From the NCBI GenBank assembly GCA_947627545.1, contig CANQWK010000006.1, positions 175 to 64,174 on the forward strand: a stretch of 64,000 bases of DNA, written 5' to 3'. This DNA comes from an uncultured Clostridia bacterium (lineage in GTDB: Bacteria; Bacillota; Clostridia; Christensenellales; UBA1242). This document shows, one piece after another, positions 18,863-27,015 of this stretch (positions are counted from its first letter, which is position 1; each line of letters starts with the position of its first letter). The position numbers and the translations under genes are program-made. The notes below the pieces were generated by a model. That model did no database searches. It saw only the letters and a list, made by a program, of their open reading frames with translations, and was not told where the DNA came from.

Positions 18863-20131
18863 ATGAAATTAAACCTTAATGATGTTTTTGTTGTGCGTGG
18901 TGGAAACCAATTAAATGGAACAATTAAAATTCAAACAAGCAAGAATGCTACATTGCCAATAATGTCGGCAAGTCTTTTAGCGGAAGGAGATGTAAAAATA
19001 AATGATTGCCCAAACATAACCGACTTGCATAACATGATATCCATATTAAAAAAGATGAATGTAAGGGTTGAAAAGCAGGGCAACAGTTACATATTAAATT
19101 CATCAAAAGCGGCAAACGCAGAAATAGATGAAGAATTAGCAAAAAGTATGCGTTCTTCAATTTTTTTGTTAGGTTCAACACTTTCAAAATTTAAAACCAC
19201 AACAATAACAATGCCTGGCGGATGTAAAATAGGCAAACGACCAATAGATTTGCATATTTTTGCACTAAAAAAATTGAATGTTAAGGTAAAAGAAGTGGGC
19301 GAAATGCTATATTTCGATGCAACAAAAGCCAAAAGCGGTTACATAAAATTAAAAATTCCTAGCGTAGGAGCAACCGAGAATATTTTGCAATTTGCATGTA
19401 AATTGAAAGGAAAAACTATAATAGACAACGCGGCAAAAGAGCCAGAAATAGCAGATTTGTGCAATTTTTTAAATTTAATGGGAGCGAAAATTTTAGGTGG
19501 CGGCACATCTAGAATTACCATATACGGAGTAAACGAATTAAAAGGCACAGAATATACACCAATTTCAGATAGAATTGTTGCAGGAACAATAATGATAGCC
19601 GTTGCAATTTTAGGCGGAAAGGTAACATTAACAAACGCATTTAAACATCAAAATGAAAAATTAATTGAAATTTTATCGTTAATAGGTTGTAAAATAAATT
19701 CAAAAAATGGTATAATAGAAATATCTAAACAGGGCAACCTTGCTCCAATAGGCAAAATATCAACAGGCTATTATCCAAGTTTTGCAACCGATTTGCAATC
19801 GTTAATTGTGGCACTAGCATGCACAACAAACGGAAAAACCATTGTGCAAGAAAATGTTTTTGAAAATCGGTTTTTAATTTTAAACGAACTAAAAAAATTA
19901 GGTGCCAACATTCATCAAATATCAAACAACAGCGTAGAAATAAATGGCACGCAAAACTTGTCAGGCTGCGAAATTAGTGCGTTAGATTTAAGGGGTGGGG
20001 CAAGTTTAGTGCTTGCAGCATTGGCTAGTAAAGGCGCATCAATAATAAAAAATGTGTTTTACATAGACAGAGGCTACGACCATTTAGAAAAAATGTTATC
20101 AAGTTTAGGAGCGGACATTAAACGAAAATGA
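18863..20131 (+). CDS. murA: UDP-GlcNAc 1-carboxyvinyltransferase
   Basis: SKNATLP, PGGCKIGKRP (catalytic Cys), SVGAT, DLRGG, IDRGY. Confidence 0.95.
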   Translation: MKLNLNDVFVVRGGNQLNGTIKIQTSKNATLPIMSASLLAEGDVKINDCPNITDLHNMISILKKMNVRVEKQGNSYILNSSKAANAEIDEELAKSMRSSIFLLGSTLSKFKTTTITMPGGCKIGKRPIDLHIFALKKLNVKVKEVGEMLYFDATKAKSGYIKLKIPSVGATENILQFACKLKGKTIIDNAAKEPEIADLCNFLNLMGAKILGGGTSRITIYGVNELKGTEYTPISDRIVAGTIMIAVAILGGKVTLTNAFKHQNEKLIEILSLIGCKINSKNGIIEISKQGNLAPIGKISTGYYPSFATDLQSLIVALACTTNGKTIVQENVFENRFLILNELKKLGANIHQISNNSVEINGTQNLSGCEISALDLRGGASLVLAALASKGASIIKNVFYIDRGYDHLEKMLSSLGADIKRK

Positions 20132-21078
20132 ACAAAAAAAAGATAGTAATAATTTCAATAGCATCGGTTTTAGCGGTAATTTTGCTGCTAAACATAATTT
20201 TATTTGGACTAGTTTTTCGCCTAAGGCATCAAATGGTGGAAATTGTTGGCGAAGATGGATTGTTTAAATATGTTCAAACGGCAGAAACGGAAAATGAAGG
20301 CAAACAAAAAGTTCCTTTAACAAAAGAAGATATTTTATCTGCTGCTGGAATAAAAAAAGGCTCATCAACTTTGCTTATAAACAAAACAAAGGCTGCAACA
20401 AAAATTGAACAAGCCTATCCGTACGTTAAGGTTATACAAATTTCAACCACAGGCGTTTCAACAATAAAAATTCGCCTAACTTGCCGCTACGAAATGTTTT
20501 ATTATAAATTAGACCAATCTTCTAGTTTTTATGTTTTAGATGAAGATTTAAAGGTTTTAAATATAACTCAAATTCAACCAAACTTGCCGCAAATAAATCC
20601 AACCTCGTTTAAAAACAACGGAACAGCGGAAACAACCAATATTTTAAAGGTAACAAATCAAACAAAAGTGGGAGATTTTTTAACAAACGGAAATTTCAGC
20701 CAAATAATAAGCAGCCTATATGTATCAATGTATCGCTCGGTTTTGCTAAACGAACAAGGTAATTTAAGGTTTGAAGAAGCCGAAACAACACACTACGCAA
20801 CACGGCAAGAAATATCAACAATAATAACCAACATAACCTTTAAAATTGGCAACACACTAGAAGGCAACTATCAACGCATAGTTTTAGCCACCAACTGCGG
20901 AATAAAAATTGATATAGGCAAACCAGAAGAAGATTTATTAACCAAAGTAAATATATGCTTTTCGTCAATTAACCAGATGAGTGAAGAGGACTTTTCTCGC
21001 AAGGGAACAATAATGTACGGCTATGACGAAAACGGCGAAATTGAAATGTCATATATCTTTAACAATCAAACTGTCTAA
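20128..21078 (+). CDS. DivIB/FtsQ-like cell division protein (divergent)
   Basis: Short basic N-terminus, single TM, POTRA-like segment (ILSAAGIKKG...IEQAYPYVKV); dcw position before ftsA. Confidence 0.7.
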   Translation: MNKKKIVIISIASVLAVILLLNIILFGLVFRLRHQMVEIVGEDGLFKYVQTAETENEGKQKVPLTKEDILSAAGIKKGSSTLLINKTKAATKIEQAYPYVKVIQISTTGVSTIKIRLTCRYEMFYYKLDQSSSFYVLDEDLKVLNITQIQPNLPQINPTSFKNNGTAETTNILKVTNQTKVGDFLTNGNFSQIISSLYVSMYRSVLLNEQGNLRFEEAETTHYATRQEISTIITNITFKIGNTLEGNYQRIVLATNCGIKIDIGKPEEDLLTKVNICFSSINQMSEEDFSRKGTIMYGYDENGEIEMSYIFNNQTV

Positions 21079-21232
21079 TAAATCAATTTATAAAAGGTTA
21101 AAATCTAAATAAAACGCCAAAATTTCAAGCACTACCCCACAAAAATATAAGCGGTAATTGCAACATAAAATATACAACATCTTGTGGTGTTACACAAAAA
21201 TTTAAAATTAAATTAAAAGCGGTTAAATTTGT

Positions 21233-21261
21233 TTGACAAGTTTAAAAAATTTTTCTATAAT
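21233..21261 (+). promoter_or_regulatory. sigmaA promoter of ftsA-ftsZ
   Basis: TTGACA-17 bp-TATAAT. Confidence 0.75.
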
Positions 21262-21288
21262 TATTGCAATTAATAGGGGAGAATTTTT

Positions 21289-22395
21289 GTGCTAAACATA
21301 AAGTACATTTTAGATGTTGGCTCTTCCTGCTTACGCTTGCTGGCGGTATCAAAGTTCATGGGCAGAAATCAAATAGTGGCGGAAGAAGAGGTTTTGTATG
21401 ACGGTTATATGGACGGCGAATTTTTATCTGCCGAAAACCTAACAGCCAATTTAGATGAATTAATAAACAAAATGTCCAACAAAATGCGGAAACCAATAAA
21501 AGCGGTTGTGGTTGGCGTGCCAAGTGAGTTTTGCGTGTGCGTTTGCAAACGAATATCACGCAAGTTTAATGTTTCTCACAAAATAACGGATTTTGACGTT
21601 AAAGATTTGTTTGAAACCAACAAAAGTTTTGGAGATAGCCAAACCTATTCGGTAATAAATTACAGCCCAATGCAGTTTGTTTTAGATGACGATGTAAAAA
21701 CCTTAACACCAATAGGCATGCGTTCGTCAAATTTGGTGCTAGACGCAAGTTACATATTGGCAAAACGAACATTTATAAACTTATTTTTAGAAGAATTTGC
21801 CAAACTTAACATATTTGAAATAGATTTTATATGCACCGCACTAGGCCAAGCCTTAAGTTGCGAACAAGCCAAGGAAAAAGTAAAGCCCTTTGCCGTTGTA
21901 GATGTAGGCCATATATCAACAAGCGTGTGCGTGCTAAAAGGGGAAGGGCTAGCACTGTTAAGTTCGTTTTCAATGGGCGGCGGACATATTTCAAACGATT
22001 TAATGCAAATTTTAAACCTAAATTTTAAAGACGCCGAACTAATAAAACGCAAAGTAATTTTAACGGTGGAAAGCAGCAAAAATGAAAGTTACGAGGTTTG
22101 CTCAAAAGGTAATTTAATTAAAGCGCCAATTAACATGACAAACCAAATAGTAAAAAGCCGAATAGAAATAATAGCAAAAGTTATAGGCGAAATTTTATCA
22201 ATAGACCAAGCGTTTAAAGATATAACCATATATTTAACAGGCGACGGAATATCACACTTTAAAGGAGTGAAAAACATTATAAAGAATGTAACAGGGCTAG
22301 ACGTAATAGAGTTTTCAATTCCGTTTGACAATTCAAAAGGCCGCTATCAAACATCAAAAATAGGTCTAACCACACTGGCGGAAATAGTTGTGTAA
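21289..22395 (+). CDS. ftsA: Cell division protein FtsA (divergent, short C-terminus)
   Basis: LDVGSS, VVDVG, MGGGHISNDL, LTGDG; GTG start; directly upstream of ftsZ. Confidence 0.85.
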   Translation: MLNIKYILDVGSSCLRLLAVSKFMGRNQIVAEEEVLYDGYMDGEFLSAENLTANLDELINKMSNKMRKPIKAVVVGVPSEFCVCVCKRISRKFNVSHKITDFDVKDLFETNKSFGDSQTYSVINYSPMQFVLDDDVKTLTPIGMRSSNLVLDASYILAKRTFINLFLEEFAKLNIFEIDFICTALGQALSCEQAKEKVKPFAVVDVGHISTSVCVLKGEGLALLSSFSMGGGHISNDLMQILNLNFKDAELIKRKVILTVESSKNESYEVCSKGNLIKAPINMTNQIVKSRIEIIAKVIGEILSIDQAFKDITIYLTGDGISHFKGVKNIIKNVTGLDVIEFSIPFDNSKGRYQTSKIGLTTLAEIVV

Positions 22396-22583
22396 AAGCG
22401 GCACTAAAAAACTTAAATTAGCAATATAAAAACCTTATTATTTATAATGACATTATTATATAAAGAAAAATCAAAAGAATAACGTAAAGAAAAATTCAAA
22501 TAAAAATAAAAAAATTCAAGAAAAATCTAAAAGAAAAATTAAAACCTAAAAGAAAATTTAAAGGAGAATTTATAGGAGGATTT

Positions 22584-23774
22584 ATGAATAATTATGACTT
22601 ATCTTCAAATATCTGCAACATTAAAGTTGTTGGCGTGGGTGGTGGCGGAAACAACGCAATCAACCGCATGGTAGCCTCAGGTGTTAAAGGTGCATATTTC
22701 GTGGCTGTAAACACCGATATGCAGGACTTAAAAATGTCTAACGCCGATGAGGTTATTCAAATAGGCGCAAAACTTACGCGCGGTTTAGGTGCAGGCTCTA
22801 ACCCTGAAATAGGCAAAGCCGCAGCGGAAGAAAGTAAAGAAGAATTAACCAAAATGCTTCAAAACACCGACTTATTGTTCATAACCACCGGCTTAGGCGG
22901 CGGCACAGGCAACGGCGCAGCCCCTGTAATAGCCAAACTAGCCAAAGAGATGGGCATTTTAACCATAGGCGTAGTAACCAAACCCTTTAAATTTGAAGGC
23001 CCTAAACGTGCTGCCAACGCCGAACAGGGCATAAGGGAAATGAAACAGTATGTAGATTCCCTTGTGGTTATTCCTAATGAAAAACTATACACCATCTTTA
23101 ACAAAGAGGTTTCTTTTGTAGATGCGTTTAGATATGCCGATGATGTTTTGCATCAAGCCATTCAAGGCCTAAGCGAACTAATTTCTGTTCCTGGCCTTAT
23201 TAACCTAGATTTTGCCGATGTATCTACCATAATGCGAGATAAAGGCATAGCACACATGGGCATAGGCAAGGGCAGAGGTGCAAACAAAACAATAGAGGCA
23301 GTTCGCCAAGCCGTAACCAGCCAATTGCTAGAAACCAGCATAGAAGGTGCAACGGGCATTTTAATTAACATAACTGGCGGAAGAGATTTAACTTTAAGCG
23401 AAGTTTATGAGGCAGTTGATTTAGTTAGAGATGTAGCAGACAAAAACTGCAATATCATTTTTGGTGCAAAAATAAATAATGACACTAACGGCGAAACTGA
23501 AATCACCGTAATAGCCACCGGCTTTGATAAGGACTCTAAAAAAGTGGAAGAAACCGCCAATTTTAGCGATAACCGAGCCAACTATAAACCATTTGTAAAT
23601 TATCATCCAATAGAAGAACAACAACCACAGCCAGCCAACCAATCACAAACCACAGCACAAACCAACCCTCAACCTGAGCCAAAGGACAAAGTTGAAGATA
23701 TATCTCTATCAGCCAACCGCCCAATAATAGACGATGACGATTTACCACCATTCTTGCGCAAACTAAGGAAATAA
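22584..23774 (+). CDS. ftsZ: Cell division protein FtsZ
   Basis: GVGGGGNNA, GGGTGNG, NLDFAD, C-terminal DLPPFLRK. Confidence 0.98.
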   Translation: MNNYDLSSNICNIKVVGVGGGGNNAINRMVASGVKGAYFVAVNTDMQDLKMSNADEVIQIGAKLTRGLGAGSNPEIGKAAAEESKEELTKMLQNTDLLFITTGLGGGTGNGAAPVIAKLAKEMGILTIGVVTKPFKFEGPKRAANAEQGIREMKQYVDSLVVIPNEKLYTIFNKEVSFVDAFRYADDVLHQAIQGLSELISVPGLINLDFADVSTIMRDKGIAHMGIGKGRGANKTIEAVRQAVTSQLLETSIEGATGILINITGGRDLTLSEVYEAVDLVRDVADKNCNIIFGAKINNDTNGETEITVIATGFDKDSKKVEETANFSDNRANYKPFVNYHPIEEQQPQPANQSQTTAQTNPQPEPKDKVEDISLSANRPIIDDDDLPPFLRKLRK

Positions 23775-23781
23775 TCATATT

Positions 23782-23854
23782 TGTCATACCGAGCGTAGTC
23801 GAGTGTATCTCCAACATGTCATACCGACCGAGCGTAGTGAGTGGAGTGTATCTC
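23782..23854 (+). repeat. REP-like palindrome cluster 1 (2 units)
   Basis: TGTCATACCGAGCGTAGTCGAGTGTATCTC (23782-23811) and TGTCATACCGACCGAGCGTAGTGAGTGGAGTGTATCTC (23817-23854). Confidence 0.9.
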
Positions 23855-23883
23855 GTATCTCATCTCATCTTAAAAGGAAACCA

Positions 23884-24168
23884 ATGAAAGATTATTATGT
23901 ATATATTTTAACAAACAAAACCAATTCCACATTATATGTTGGAGTAACTAATAATCTTATAAGGCGGGTAGAAGAGCATAAAAACGGAGTAGTAGAAGGC
24001 TTTACAAAAAGATATAATATACATAAATTAGTTTATTTTGAAATAACCAATGATATTGAAAGTGCAATAGAAAGAGAGAAAAAATTAAAATTATGGTCAA
24101 GAGAAAAGAAAAATCGATTAATATCATTAAATAACCCAACTTGGCAAGATTTAAGCAACAATTTTTAA
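23884..24168 (+). CDS. Small stand-alone GIY-YIG nuclease (94 aa)
   Basis: YYVYIL...LYVGVTNNLIRRVEEH...FTKRYNIHKLVYFE...AIEREKKLKLWSR; true start ATG 23884 after AAAGGA. The track start at 23803 reads through repeats. Confidence 0.92.
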   Translation: MKDYYVYILTNKTNSTLYVGVTNNLIRRVEEHKNGVVEGFTKRYNIHKLVYFEITNDIESAIEREKKLKLWSREKKNRLISLNNPTWQDLSNNF

Positions 24169-24183
24169 TTGTTGCTTTTTTTA

Positions 24184-24554
24184 TGTCATACATTAACCTG
24201 TCATACTGAGCCCCGTCATGTCATACCGAGCGAGTAAAACGAGTCGAGCGTATCTCCAATATGTCATACCGACCGAGCGTTAGCGAGTGGAGTGTATCTC
24301 CAATATGTCATACCGACCGAGCGTTAGCGAGTGGAGTGTATCTCATAATTAATCGAGTGTATCTCAATAGATTCACTCCATTCGTGCTTACGCACTCAGT
24401 CGGAATGACAAGGATAATATGTCATACCTTAACATGTCATACCGAGCGAGTGCAACGAGTCGAGTGTATCTCATTTATAACAAACCAACCCTCAAATGTC
24501 ATACCGACCGAGCGTTAGCGAGTGGAGTGTATCTCAAATTATCGAGCGTATCTC
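24184..24554. repeat. REP-like palindrome cluster 2 (6 full units plus fragments)
   Basis: Full units at 24219-24256, 24262-24300, 24306-24344, 24369-24410 (inverted), 24435-24472 and 24497-24535; fragments at 24184, 24199, 24353, 24420 and 24542. Confidence 0.92.
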
Positions 24555-24615
24555 AACCTAAAAAATAAATTTGCAAAAAATTCTACAAAAAAATTTAAAA
24601 ATCTTTAAAAATCGC

Positions 24616-24644
24616 TTGACTAATTTTTTTTTAATTTATAAAAT
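24616..24644 (+). promoter_or_regulatory. sigmaA promoter of the fibre-like operon
   Basis: TTGACT-17 bp-TAAAAT; predicts a leader of about 135-140 nt before ATG 24789 with an AGGAGG SD. Confidence 0.65.
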
Positions 24645-24788
24645 AAAAATGTATAAATGCAATGGGCAGGTATACATTTAAAAAGTTTGAACAAACTATA
24701 AATGTTAGGTCGGGGGAATGTTAGTTGAAGATACCTCAACTAATATGGAAGGTTAATTTTTAAAAAAATATAGGAGGAATTAAAAAAT

Positions 24789-25457
24789 ATGACCGCAAAA
24801 CAAAAAATGACTATTGCTATTACCGCTCTATGCTTAGTTGCAGTAATTGCAATCGTTACAGTAATTGCAGTTTTTGCTGCTACTACAGCAAAAATTAACT
24901 CTGCTGTTAATGTTAGTTATACTGCTACAGACGTTGTTGGTACTGCCTCTGCTAAATGGTACGGCGGCGCAGAAGACGCTGAATTAGCAGGTGAAAACAT
25001 GGATAACAATGGTTCTGAAGTAGATGGCGAAACAGTTCTAAATTTTGATGCTGATTCAGATTTATCTTCTCAAAGTGGAACATTATCTCCAGCTAAAGAC
25101 ATCACTTTTGATGCTAGCCACCAAGATGTTATTTTTGAATATAAATTCACTAACAGTGGTTCTCGTAGCTACAAAGCAACAGTTGTTTTCACTGGAACTA
25201 TTGAAAATGTAACTATTACTTCTAAAACTCAACCTACTACACCAATTACAGTTTCTAGTGGACATTCTACAATTACAGATGATGTAAGCCCTACTTCTCA
25301 AAGTCCTAGTGCTACATTCACAATTGCTAATGTTGCAGTTGCTGCTAACACTGGTGTAACTTATGTTTATGTTAAATTACACTTAACAAGCAAAGCTAAA
25401 GATGCTACATTCTCTGGTACTTTTGCTTGGACATTAACTGCTGACGCTAAAGCTTAG
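24789..25457 (+). CDS. Secreted TasA/pilin-like beta-protein, probable major subunit
   Basis: Basic N-region, long hydrophobic H-region ending AVFA/A, Thr/Ser/Ala/Val-rich mature part, C-terminal YVYVK...FSGTFAWTL; codon usage typical of high expression (TAC, AAC, TTC, GCT, ACT). Confidence 0.7.
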   Translation: MTAKQKMTIAITALCLVAVIAIVTVIAVFAATTAKINSAVNVSYTATDVVGTASAKWYGGAEDAELAGENMDNNGSEVDGETVLNFDADSDLSSQSGTLSPAKDITFDASHQDVIFEYKFTNSGSRSYKATVVFTGTIENVTITSKTQPTTPITVSSGHSTITDDVSPTSQSPSATFTIANVAVAANTGVTYVYVKLHLTSKAKDATFSGTFAWTLTADAKA

Positions 25458-25477
25458 TATTAAAAATTAATTATTTT

Positions 25478-25520
25478 AAAACTCCATATTATTTTAGGTA
25501 TCAAAATCGTATGGAGTTTT
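25478..25520 (+). terminator. Hairpin terminator/attenuator after the major subunit gene
   Basis: AAAACTCCATA...TATGGAGTTTT with inner ATTTT/AAAAT pairing. Confidence 0.7.
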
Positions 25521-25541
25521 AATTTTAATTAATGCTTTTTA

Positions 25542-25700
25542 GAGATACACTCCACTCGTGCTTACGCACTCGGTCGGTATGACAACGTAATGGAGATACA
25601 CTCCACTCGTGCTTACGCACTCGGTCGGTATGACGGGGTAAGTCGGTATGACAGGGAATCTCAACCTATTATGTCATTCTGAGTGTAGTCGAAGAATCTC
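25542..25700. repeat. REP-like palindrome cluster 3 (3 full units plus fragment)
   Basis: Inverted units at 25542-25584 and 25593-25635 (GAGATACACTCCACTCGTGCTTACGCACTCGGTCGGTATGAC); fragment at 25642-25653; direct unit TGTCATTCTGAGTGTAGTCGAAGAATCTC at 25672-25700. Confidence 0.92.
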
Positions 25701-25738
25701 ATCCTTATTTAAAAAAAATATTCTTTCGGAGAATAATT

Positions 25739-26347
25739 ATGACAACTAAAACTAAATTAACACTTTCAATTACAACCATTTGTTTGCTTGCTATAATTTC
25801 GGTTGTGGCTGTTGTGGCGGTTTTTGCTGCTACTGCTCAAGATTTTAGCAGTAACATTATTGTTAATTTTGAATGTAATAATGTTGATGGTAGTGTTAAA
25901 GCCAATTATTATGTTGGAGACGAAACTAACAGTTTTGCCATGCTTTCTTCTTCTGGTAGCGAAACTATAAACTTTAATTCTGAACAATTTAAGCCTGAAG
26001 CAGAATTAACTCTTGCTCCTATTAAGGACATTGATGTTAATGGCGAACGATTTGTTGTTATTGAATTTATTTTTACAAATTTGGCAGATGTTAATTACAC
26101 AGCCAATTTGTCTTTTGTGGGCGAGGCTAATAATGTTACAATTATTGTTCCTAACAAACACTCACAAATTTCTAATTTTGATGCTATTGTAACCGAAGCA
26201 CAACCAAATTCTTCTACTTTTGCACATAATGTTGAAGTTAATAAAAATTCAACATGCTATGTGTATGTTAAAGTTTCTATTAGCAAACCAAATGAGGGTG
26301 CTTCATTTTCTGGCAACTTTAATTGGGTTTTAAACGGAGAAATTTAA
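25739..26347 (+). CDS. Secreted TasA/pilin-like paralogue 2
   Basis: Signal ends AVFA/A; shares VxG, EFxFTN, YxAxxxFxG, YVYVK and FSGNFNWVL with the first gene. Confidence 0.7.
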   Translation: MTTKTKLTLSITTICLLAIISVVAVVAVFAATAQDFSSNIIVNFECNNVDGSVKANYYVGDETNSFAMLSSSGSETINFNSEQFKPEAELTLAPIKDIDVNGERFVVIEFIFTNLADVNYTANLSFVGEANNVTIIVPNKHSQISNFDAIVTEAQPNSSTFAHNVEVNKNSTCYVYVKVSISKPNEGASFSGNFNWVLNGEI

Positions 26348-26351
26348 TTTA

Positions 26352-26963
26352 ATGACTAAGAAAAAGAAAATTATTGTTTCAATAATTTCGGTTATTGCTG
26401 TTATATGCGTTTTAGCAATTTCTGTTATTGTTATTTACGCGGCTTCACAGCATGATTTTTCTAGTGCTATTAAAGTTTCGTTTGATGCTCAAGGCGTTGA
26501 CGGTGCAGTATCGGCTAAAATTTATTTAGGTGGCTCCGACACTAAGGGCAGCAGTTTTACTAGCGATGGCACAACTAGTGGTAAAAAAGTTCTAACTTTT
26601 AAAAAGGACCAATTTACAAGTTTAATTTTAAAGCCTACTCAAGAGTTTAGTTTGCAAAAACCTAACACTTTTGTTGTTTTTGAATATGAATTTGATTGCA
26701 GCACCATTATGCAAGGTGGTTACACTGCTACTATGGAATTCTATGGCATTGCAGATAACATTAAAGTTACAACTTTAAACAGTGCTTCTCACACCACTAA
26801 TTACGGCTCTATTACTTCAACTGTGTCCGACCCTACTAATTTTACTGTATCGGCAAACATTCCGCAGGGTAGAAAATACTTTGTGTACATAAAAGCCGCT
26901 ATTATTGACGATAGCATAGATGCTAATTTTTCAGCAAATTTCAGTTGGAAATTAAAGGTTTAG
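26352..26963 (+). CDS. Secreted TasA/pilin-like paralogue 3
   Basis: Signal ends VIYA/A; DFSSAIKVSF, VDG, VVFEYEF, FVYIK, FSANFSWKL. Confidence 0.7.
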   Translation: MTKKKKIIVSIISVIAVICVLAISVIVIYAASQHDFSSAIKVSFDAQGVDGAVSAKIYLGGSDTKGSSFTSDGTTSGKKVLTFKKDQFTSLILKPTQEFSLQKPNTFVVFEYEFDCSTIMQGGYTATMEFYGIADNIKVTTLNSASHTTNYGSITSTVSDPTNFTVSANIPQGRKYFVYIKAAIIDDSIDANFSANFSWKLKV

Positions 26964-27015
26964 CCATTTTATTTGTTAACATTTAGTTAACGCATTATTA
27001 AAATTCAGGGGTAAT

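Noticed and set aside
9803-23774. Absence of murF and murG from the dcw cluster
   Set aside because: Relocation of these genes is common in Clostridia, and the rest of the genome cannot be seen.
23803-23883. N-terminal extension of the GIY-YIG ORF given by the track
   Set aside because: It is a translation of the REP-like repeats; ATG 23884 has its own SD and matches the family start.
23775-24168. GIY-YIG gene as an intron-encoded homing endonuclease of ftsZ
   Set aside because: ftsZ is complete with its C-terminal peptide and stop before the repeats. No group I intron core is evident and the nuclease lacks DNA-binding extensions.
24261-24518. 85-aa ORF (MSYRPSVSEWSVS...)
   Set aside because: It consists of translated repeat units and has no SD or coding character.
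24219-24535. Repeat cluster as a CRISPR array
   Set aside because: Inter-repeat gaps are as short as 5 nt and some are identical (CAATA), units vary in length and orientation, and there are no cas genes.
24648-24788. c-di-GMP or c-di-AMP riboswitch call
   Set aside because: Only short motifs (GGGGGAA, TGGGCA) resemble these families and the required conserved cores are not present; kept as an unclassified structured leader.
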